Source: Rhizaria sp. SCN 62-66 (Eukaryota). Taken from it: a stretch of DNA of 64,000 bases. Shown one piece after another: positions 57,001-64,000 of the stretch (its first letter is position 1; each line of letters starts with the position of its first letter). Made by a program: the position numbers and the translations under genes. The notes under the pieces were generated by a model. It did not search any database and was not told where the DNA came from. It saw only the letters and a program-made list of their open reading frames with translations. The DNA lies in NCBI GenBank assembly GCA_001724265.1, contig MEDY01000027.1:62001-126000 (forward strand), written 5' to 3'.

Positions 57001-60000
57001 AGCTACCTCTGGTGCAATTTCAGCTACAGTGGTTGCGAACAGTGAGCAAGACGACGAAAATCGCGCGTGGGAAGCGTTGCGCGCGCTAGCTGACGCCATT
57101 TCGCGGCCGATTCCTGGCCCCACAGTCTCTATGGCTGCTGCAGAGGCCGCTGCCTCCGAGGCTTCTGCCATTGTTGCCGAAAAGCACGCCGCCATGACAG
57201 CCACAGGGCTTTGCGATGAAGATAAAATCGTAGAAAACAAATCAAAGACCGTTTACGCACCGTTCACACTGGTATCGATTGAAGGCGTAGCGTACGGTGA
57301 GACTGCGCTGACAGACAGCTTAGCGGGCGCTACTGTGCGGCTGCCAATGCCCGACACGGACGCTACAGTCACAGCGACGAACTTGACTGCACGTGCGCCA
57401 CCATTGCTGTCATTTTCTGATATTACGCCTAACGTGTCACTCCCGCTTCCGTCAACGGCAGCCGCTTTAATCGATCTCAAGAATCAGCGCTACGTCAAGC
57501 ATACGCCGCGCCTGTTTGAAGGCCGGCAGGCTGCCAAGCTGCGCGCAGCGCTGGCGGAGCGGGCGTTCCACACCAGGTTAGCGGCACTTATTAAGCGTGA
57601 GGGTGAGCGGCGTGCGCGAGAGATTGCTCGCGGTGAGGACCTCATGCTTGACGAGTTTACGGTGCCCGCAGAATCTGCGGGGACGTGTGCCAGTGCGCTA
57701 TTGGGCTCTGGTACTGGTGATATCACGCCGCGACTTGATGGTGATGTGTATCAGCAGACTCCCACGCGTGGGCGGTCTAGCAGCCGCGGTGAGTCCAGTG
57801 GCAGCCGCAATGGTTCGCGGTCGCCCTCACGCACAGGTCCGACGCGAAGTCGTACTCTTGCAGCGGTGTCACCGCAGCCTGATCGGGCCAGTGGTGGCGC
57901 TCGCTTTGAGTATGACGCTGCGCAAGATGAGTGGGTTCTTCGGCGCCCAGAAACCATGTCGCCACAGCTGCGCCGCAGGCTCGCGCAAGCTGATAGTGGT
58001 TGTGACTCACATGGGCCAAGAAGCGCAATTGATGGTAGCGGTCCGCCCCAACAAAAGTTTCTCTCCTTCTCTGCTCTTGCGCGTCAAAGCGCACAGATGC
58101 CCTCGACTTCTGTTGTGCCGCAAGTTGGGTCTGAGTCTGCGATGCTCGGGGCCGCAATGTCACGCTCACTTAACGCATCCGCTCGCCTGGCTGATGGTGA
58201 TGCCACAGCTGCGGTGGTGTTGCCCTCCGCCGCACTGACTGCGCGCCGCTTTGTTCACAACGCTGCTCTAAATGCAACCAAGCAGCCAACTTCAGCTGAG
58301 CCGCAGCCTGAGGATGGCGACTTGACGCAGCGTCAGCGCTTGTCACGCTTCGAAGTGCGCCATCACAGTCTTGGTGACCTTAACATGGCGCTTGCCCCCG
58401 AGTCAGCGCAGAATGTTGTATTTGACTCAGGATCTATTGCTGGGACTGCGCCTGTGTCAGTGCCATTGCAGCAAATGAATGAAGTGGAGAACGCTCCGGC
58501 GCGCGTGCAACCTGTGTCTGCGATGCGCCCAGCACAACCCGAGTACCACATGCATCGCGACCTCTGGGAACAAGCTTCTAACGTTGATGCCTCCGCATTG
58601 CCGTCTGCAGACAGTGTTATTCCGGAGGGCATGCTTCGCTACGCCCCCGCCACAGATAAAGCACCCGCACCTCTTGTGCCTGCACCCACTGCGGAAACGC
58701 ACGCGACGCGAGTACTCGGTGGTGATGATGGGGAGCAGGTGTACTCGCTGTTTGACTTTGGTGCGACGTTACCATATGTGCCTTCTAAACTCGTAACGGC
58801 GAGCACAGTGGCTGGCCGTGGCACTGCGACGACGATTGCAGAGGATGAACATTTCCGTTCGATCGTGGTGACGTCACAGCTGGTTGACCTCTACGCCATC
58901 TTCCGTGCGCATCTGGAGGCGCGTGAGCGCTTTATCACTGACGCTGCCCGAGCTTCTGCTGCTGCCACAGCCGCTGCTGCTCGCGAAGGCGACGCGCAGG
59001 CTGCCGCTGCGCCATTGGACGCGCCTGCTGTGCTCTCAACACTGGGCTCTGACGGTGCAGCGCAGTACGTGACACAATGGGTGAGCGGCCGCGTGCAAGG
59101 CATGATGGCGGGCCGGCCTGCGGCGGAGCAGCGTGCAGCTGTGGAACTGTTGGCCGATCTTGTGCGCGGCGCGTCGTGGTCGCACCAAGTTGCACTCTCA
59201 CGGCTCCGCGACCGCGTCTCAGTTGAGGTTGCCCGTTGTGCTGCTCGTGAAGGCTCAGGCCCCGGCGCTAGTGCCGCGCTCGCTGCTGCACTGCGCTCCG
59301 ATGGCCGCGCCAAGGTTGTCCCTCCCCCAGCAGGTCCACGTGCTGGGGCAGATGAGGGCGATTACGCTGACGCGCTGCGCAAGGACGAGCTTCGTCGCAC
59401 GCAGACCGGTGTGACATGGGTCGCCCCTGCCGAAGCTTCTGATGCACTGGATGTCTCCGCGCGACAATGCCAGGAGGACCAGCGTGCAGTGACCAACGAC
59501 GCCGTGGCGCGGCTAATCAAGTCTAGCGCGGTGCCACTGGGTGCGGACAATGCGTTGTCAGCCACCGCGTTGCCGTTGCCATCACCGCCTGCAACTTTGA
59601 GCACTGTGCCGCCCACTGTGGCCCTCAATCTCTCGCACACACCGACCCCAACGTCTGCTGTGTCTACATTGAGCGCACAGCGCATGGGTAGGGCATCACT
59701 GCTGTCGGTGGACATCTCAAGTGACTCGAACCCTTCGTCTGCAGCAGGATCCCCGGCCGCAGGGTCGCGTATTCACTCACCGCCGCTGGCTGCCGCGCTC
59801 GCCACGCCGCTCGCGTTTGCCGGCGCATGGTCTGGTGCCGGTTTTACGCCCCGTAATGGGACTGGCAGCGCAAGAGACCAGCGGCCCGGGTCGATCAAGC
59901 CGCCCTCGCGTCCGCAGTCACGCCCGCCGCCGGACCAGCAGCGCCGCCGCCGCGACGTCGCGCCCGTGGTGAGCCCACGCAGCAGCGCTGCAGCCATGGC

Positions 60001-60439
60001 CGCGATGCAGGAAGAGGTGCAGCGCCAGCGCGCCAAGCAGGGTCTCACGTCTGCAGGTATTTATACGAACACTGCCAGTGGCGGCCTCGCACCGCTCTGG
60101 GGCGCGACTCCTATGCAGGACCGCTCCGCACGTGTGCCAGCCGCTGGTCGGCGCGAGCTTTTCCCCGAGCTTGGCGGCAGCAGCAGCGCTCGTGGTCCTA
60201 CAACAACACTGCACAAGACCAAGAGCAAGAGTACGGTGGCAGACGCGATCGACGGAACAGGTCTGGGTGTGACTGAGCACATGGACCGCTTGCGCGAGCA
60301 TGCGGCCTTTGCAGATGCAGTTGCTACTGGCACAATCGCTCTCTACAATACGCCCCCTGTTGTCGCACCCGTGCCGCAGCAGTTGCGTGCCCCGGGCCAG
60401 GTTCCCGATGCCCTTCCCAACATCACACGGCGTAACTAA
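36041..60439 (+). CDS. Giant ~8130-aa Ala/Ser/Thr/Pro-rich protein with several degenerate cyclic-nucleotide-binding (cNMP)-like domains; one in-frame TAG at 38684-38686
   Basis: ORFs 35939..38686 and 38750..60439 share a frame. cNMP-like motifs occur on both sides of the TAG: LFVVLHGGVV..LAPGAVFG (~37730-37830), LQKGAVVQTAGARLDTVYIVLRGSV (~39140-39220) and VKPGTVLIKEGEECDKMFIIYRGVC..GQLAGDESCL..TEVFVIAREAV (~51850-52190). Ends in TAA before an AT-rich spacer. Start is uncertain. Confidence 0.75.
38684..38686 (+). other. In-frame TAG, candidate sense codon
   Basis: Context is GSQTGFKS*TGTTQ; more than 7200 further sense codons follow. Confidence 0.7.
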
Positions 60440-60460
60440 AAACACATTCACGATACTAAC

Positions 60461-60546
60461 GTACTCCTAGTACTAGCACTAGTACAGTACTAAGTCCGTG
60501 TACTGTACTGATAATACTAGTACAAATGTAAGTACAAAAAAGTACT
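60461..60546. repeat. Cluster of nine GTAC cores forming short palindromes
   Basis: GTAC at 60461, 60470, 60482, 60487, 60500, 60505, 60520, 60532 and 60542; includes the inverted repeat GTACTAG-CA-CTAGTAC (60470-60485). Confidence 0.7.
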
Positions 60547-60844
60547 GTAGTATTAAAAGTATCTCACCACAATTTACAATAGCAATGCAACCTCATTCAA
60601 TTCAACAACCTTATTTTATGTAGCAAAACTTTACTTTATCAAATTCAAATACCAATAAACGACTTTTCCTTTCCCCAACACACATACTCACACACAATGT
60701 CTAACCGTCAACAAAAAAAGTTTGTCCGACTCAGAGAGGAGCGAAGCGGAGCGGAGCAGCAAAAAAGAATGCCGCGCAACGTCCGCGCGGGTGGGAAGTT
60801 GCGCCAGACAGCGGCGAAAGCGTGCGCGGAGGGAGCAAAAAGAC

Positions 60845-60853
60845 AAAAAGAAA
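60845..60853 (-). terminator. RNA polymerase III oligo-T terminator of the tRNA gene
   Basis: The minus strand reads TTTCTTTTT immediately after the discriminator T. Confidence 0.7.
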
Positions 60854-60926
60854 AGGTTCTAACGAGGATTGAACTCGTGACCTCAGCTTTACTAAAGCTG
60901 CGCTACTACCACTGAGCTATAGAACC
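60854..60926 (-). tRNA. tRNA-Thr, anticodon AGU, intronless, no encoded CCA
   Basis: The minus strand folds as acceptor GGTTCTA/TAGAACC, D-arm GCT..AGC with TGG, anticodon arm CAGCT-TTAGTAA-AGCTG, T-arm ACGAG-TTCAATC-CTCGT, discriminator T. Confidence 0.93.
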
Positions 60927-60953
60927 GTACGATTGTTGGGTTCCGCGCTGAAA

Positions 60954-60962
60954 AATTAGGGT
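60954..60962 (-). promoter_or_regulatory. ACCCTAATT telo-box-like motif about 30 nt upstream of the tRNA gene
   Basis: Third exact copy of the 9-mer. Confidence 0.3.
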
Positions 60963-61397
60963 ATTAGTAGTAATTTACAACTCACAATTTTTAGAAGTGT
61001 TGTAATCATCATTAGTCGTTGACCAGACATAAACTGGTCAAAAGTTTTCCTTTCGATCAAAAGCATGAGCAACACATTTTATAAGTGCTTATTATATCAA
61101 AGTCGACACATATGATGAAATGAAAAGGAATTAAAAGTCGCTGTTCGGACGACGGACAGATAAGCCAATAGAATTCTGGGAATAGCGAATAAACATAAGA
61201 GTACATGTATTCTTCGAGAGTTTAAATCATGGAGACTTACAGCGCTACATTTGGTCCATACTAAAGTAAGTAACGTTGCTTAGGTCACCAAAGTGGCCCG
61301 ATTATAACACAAAATATAATTGGAAGTGACAAAAACTGTTGTTTTTCGCTTTCAGAAGCAGCAGTAGCAGTAGCAGCAGGAGCAGTCGGCGACTTGA

Positions 61398-62894
61398 TCA
61401 CTGCGAGATGAAGAGATTAGGCTCCTCGCGCTTGATCCAGTGGAGCACGCGATGGCTGGCCGCAAGCGCAGTTTCCTTGGACGTCAGCGGGAGAAACGTT
61501 GCGTAGAGCTCAAAGTCGCCTGGCCGCACGATCCCGAGCACAACAGCGTCCTGCCCGACTTCGTAGTAGAGCGTGTGGCGCGTGCACGCGGCCGCGGAGG
61601 CCGCCAGCGCCTTGGCCGTCTGCTGTGCGAGCGCGGAGCGGCCCGCGTCGGCGGGCTGCGGGTGCCCGCCGGCGAGCGCGCCGCACGCGCGCTGGTAGCG
61701 CCGCAGCAGTTTCATGCCGCCCGCGTCGGGCGCCGCCGAGTCGACGTACGGCTCCGCGGGCGCCGAAGTGACGAACTGGTTGAGCTGCATAGAGCGGAAG
61801 AGGAAGTGGCGCAGGTCGGGGCTGCCGACGGCGATGTCGTCGACAGTCCACGCCTGCAGCGACATGGCCTCGGCCAGGTCCTGTGTCAGCTCGCGCGAGT
61901 CCAGCACCTTGCACACCTCGCCGCGGGCCTCGCGCAGCGCCTTGACGTCGCTGGGGTCCGTGGTAACAAAGGCAAGGCACACGTCGCGCGCCACGTAGCT
62001 GGAGTAGACGTACACGAACGAGTCGGGCGAGTGGCACGGCAGGCAGAACGGCGCCCACGAGTCGGACGACCGTAGCGACTGAGAGTTGGTGAGGAAGTTG
62101 GTCAGCAGCAGCATGTCGTTGACGTACAGCGGCGCGTCCTTCTCGCGGCTGAAGGCCACCAGGCGGCCGCCGGCGATAAGCACGGAGTACAGCAAACGCT
62201 TGCTCTTGCCCTTGGTGCCCTTCTTGAGCGCGGTGAGGATCTTGGCGCGCGAGGCCTTGTTCAGGCGCAGCGCGGGGACGGCGTCAAGCAGCAGCGCGGG
62301 CGTGCGCTCGGCGTCGTTGATGACGTCGTGCAGCATGAGCTCCGTGCCGGCCATGAGCAGGCGGATGTCGTACGTGGGGTGGTCCTCAAGCACGCGGTGC
62401 ACGCTGCCGCTGAGCACGCTGAGGATCTGCTGGTGCGCGAGCGAGAGCTGCTGCTGCAACTGCGACACCGTCTCAGGCGAGCGTGAGATGCACACCATGT
62501 AGATCGGCCCGCGGAACAGGAAAACAAACTTGTAGTCGCCAGCGTAGATGGCCTGGATGTTGTCTCCCAGCCGTTGGAAGTTGGCGATGAAGGATGACAT
62601 CACGCCCATGAAGTCGGAGATCTCTGTCTCGTCGCCGTAGCGCGAAAAGATGGGACGGCCCGCCCAGCTAAAAATGAAGATGTGCTTCTCGTGCGCGTAC
62701 CACTCCGGCATGCGGTGGTTCTGGTGGATGTACTTCTGCACGCGATGGTGCTTGGCCGCCCAGTATGAGTTCGAGTTGGCGTCATCCTCCGGCGTCGACG
62801 AGGTTGGCGCGTCTACGCTCGACGGAACCGTGGTTGCCAGCGGCGCCACCAACGTTGACGCCGAGGAGGCCCGAGAGCGACTCCCTTGAAGCAT
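61398..62894 (-). CDS. MON1: Vacuolar fusion protein MON1/SAND (Rab7 GEF subunit), 498 aa
   Basis: KHIFIFSWAGRPIFSRYGDE, KFVFLFRGPIYMVCIS, YDIRLLMAG, WAPFCLP and FELYATFLP motifs typical of MON1. Ends in TGA. Confidence 0.93.
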   Translation of the reverse strand: MLQGSRSRASSASTLVAPLATTVPSSVDAPTSSTPEDDANSNSYWAAKHHRVQKYIHQNHRMPEWYAHEKHIFIFSWAGRPIFSRYGDETEISDFMGVMSSFIANFQRLGDNIQAIYAGDYKFVFLFRGPIYMVCISRSPETVSQLQQQLSLAHQQILSVLSGSVHRVLEDHPTYDIRLLMAGTELMLHDVINDAERTPALLLDAVPALRLNKASRAKILTALKKGTKGKSKRLLYSVLIAGGRLVAFSREKDAPLYVNDMLLLTNFLTNSQSLRSSDSWAPFCLPCHSPDSFVYVYSSYVARDVCLAFVTTDPSDVKALREARGEVCKVLDSRELTQDLAEAMSLQAWTVDDIAVGSPDLRHFLFRSMQLNQFVTSAPAEPYVDSAAPDAGGMKLLRRYQRACGALAGGHPQPADAGRSALAQQTAKALAASAAACTRHTLYYEVGQDAVVLGIVRPGDFELYATFLPLTSKETALAASHRVLHWIKREEPNLFISQ

Positions 62895-63218
62895 CGCAAG
62901 AGAGCGTTCGTGTGATGTGCGAGTGGGCTGCTCAAAGGGAGGGCGAAGGAGCCGAAAAGAAGAGAAGGTTTCTATAGCACCGGAGATGTTTCAGAAAGTG
63001 CAAAAAGGAAATGAGTAACATTTCTTCAGGAAGCAGTACAAACAATTACACACAGTGCTATTGATGATTAATCCATGACGTGTTTTGTTCTTTTCTGTCG
63101 GCCTTCGTATCTCCGTCGTCTCGCGCCAGTCGTTCGTTCGCAAAAAAAGATGATGGCCTCTCGACATTTGCGCAAGGTGATACGCCGTGTAAGTTCCGAC
63201 AGGAGAGTGACAACTATT

Positions 63219-63295
63219 GTATGTTGCTTATCTGCTTTAATATTATGCGTTCTATTTTTTAACTTTTCTCCATAGCTTTTCTTCCTGCTCTACAG
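63219..63295 (+). other. Putative 5'-UTR intron of the ERGIC-type gene
   Basis: GTATGT donor (alternative GTAAGT at 63189) and pyrimidine tracts ending CATAG (63275) or TACAG (63295); boundaries are ambiguous. Confidence 0.35.
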
Positions 63296-63386
63296 CACCT
63301 GATTTGACCCTACTCAGACCCACAGAGAACTCTTAAGAACCTGCGACGCGCCGTGCTCGGTGGCCACAGACCCTGACTGACACCAG

Positions 63387-64000
63387 ATGGACTCGCTGCT
63401 GGACGAGCAGCATGGCGTGGAGATGAAGTCCTTGCTGTCTTCGACGCAGGACACGAGCACAGTCCCGCTTGTGAGTGCCGCGTCGACGACTGCTGACGTG
63501 GACGACGATGATGACGATGACCAAACCTCGTCCAAGGCCTTCCTGCGCTCCGACGACAGTGAGATGACCCTCCGCGAGCGCTCCACGGGAGCGAGCAAGT
63601 CTGCCGCGAAACGCTTTACGAAGTTCGTGGCCAAGGCCGACTTCTTCCCTAAGGCCGAGGAGGAGCTGACAGTGCATACAGACTCCGGCGTGGCGCTGTC
63701 CATTGTCACGCTCGTCGTCATCGCACTGCTCTTCGCGAGCAATCTGCTCGCCTACCTCTCGCCCGTCACGCACGAGCACATGACCGTGGACGCGCTGGCG
63801 GGCGAGCGGCTCGACATCCGGCTCGACATTGAGTTCCACGCGCTGCCCTGTTCGCTGGTCAAGCTGGATGTGATGGCCGTCACTGGCGAGCACCACGAGG
63901 CGCTGGCGCAAAACATCGACCTCACCCCGGTCCCGGCCTCGGCGCGCTTTCCGCAGGACGGCTGCCGCCTCGCGGGCTTTGCGCGCGTCACCAAGGTCGC
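63387..64000 (+). CDS. ER-Golgi intermediate compartment protein (ERGIC/Erv41-Erv46 family), 3'-truncated by the window; absent from the ORF track
   Basis: Manual translation gives DFFPKAEEELTVHTDSGVALSIVTLVVIALLF..MTVD..LDIRLDIEFHALPCSLVKLDVMAVTGE..GCRLAGFARVTKV, which matches ERGIC_N plus the start of the COPII-coated ERV domain. Confidence 0.88.
   Translation, partial: MDSLLDEQHGVEMKSLLSSTQDTSTVPLVSAASTTADVDDDDDDDQTSSKAFLRSDDSEMTLRERSTGASKSAAKRFTKFVAKADFFPKAEEELTVHTDSGVALSIVTLVVIALLFASNLLAYLSPVTHEHMTVDALAGERLDIRLDIEFHALPCSLVKLDVMAVTGEHHEALAQNIDLTPVPASARFPQDGCRLAGFARVTKV

Noticed and set aside
60697-60915. 72-aa plus-strand ORF
   Set aside because: It overlaps the tRNA antisense and A-rich spacer sequence, and lacks the codon bias of the real genes.
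60854-60926. tRNA as a possible UAG/UAA-decoding (suppressor) tRNA, since its acceptor stem GGTTCTA/TAGAACC-U resembles eukaryotic tRNA-Gln and the loop contains TTA
   Set aside because: The 5-bp anticodon stem fixes the loop as TT-AGT-AA, so the anticodon is AGU (Thr). There is no room for an intron that would shift it. A CUA tRNA, if it exists, is outside this window.
1-64000. Prokaryotic, viral or mobile-element systems (CRISPR, operons, transposases, retroelements)
   Set aside because: Spliceosomal introns, MON1, ERGIC, DZIP1 and a CCA-less tRNA with a Pol III terminator indicate eukaryotic nuclear DNA. I saw no repeat-spacer arrays, terminal repeats, or transposase or RT motifs.

Overview
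Eukaryotic nuclear DNA from a gene-dense, intron-poor, probably flagellated protist (inferred from ciliary-type genes). GC-rich, Ala-rich coding blocks alternate with short AT-rich spacers. I can support ten protein genes: a 5'-truncated ASH/Hydin-type Ig-repeat protein, a small 3-exon membrane protein, a DZIP1-like protein, a ~2370-aa disordered protein, an ABCD half-transporter, an Aa_trans-family amino-acid transporter, a ~3800-aa coiled-coil protein, a ~8100-aa protein with cNMP-binding-like domains, MON1, and a 3'-truncated ERGIC/Erv41-type protein. There is also one tRNA-Thr(AGU). Main finding: three genes are each broken by one in-frame TAG (7795-7797 minus, 16623-16625, 38684-38686) and continue in the same frame with coding-like composition. 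All nine apparent true gene ends use TAA (4) or TGA (5). This suggests a variant nuclear code in which only UAG is a sense codon, most likely Gln, with Leu not excluded. The standard-code ORF track therefore splits these three genes. Family calls come from motif recognition by eye, not from database searches.
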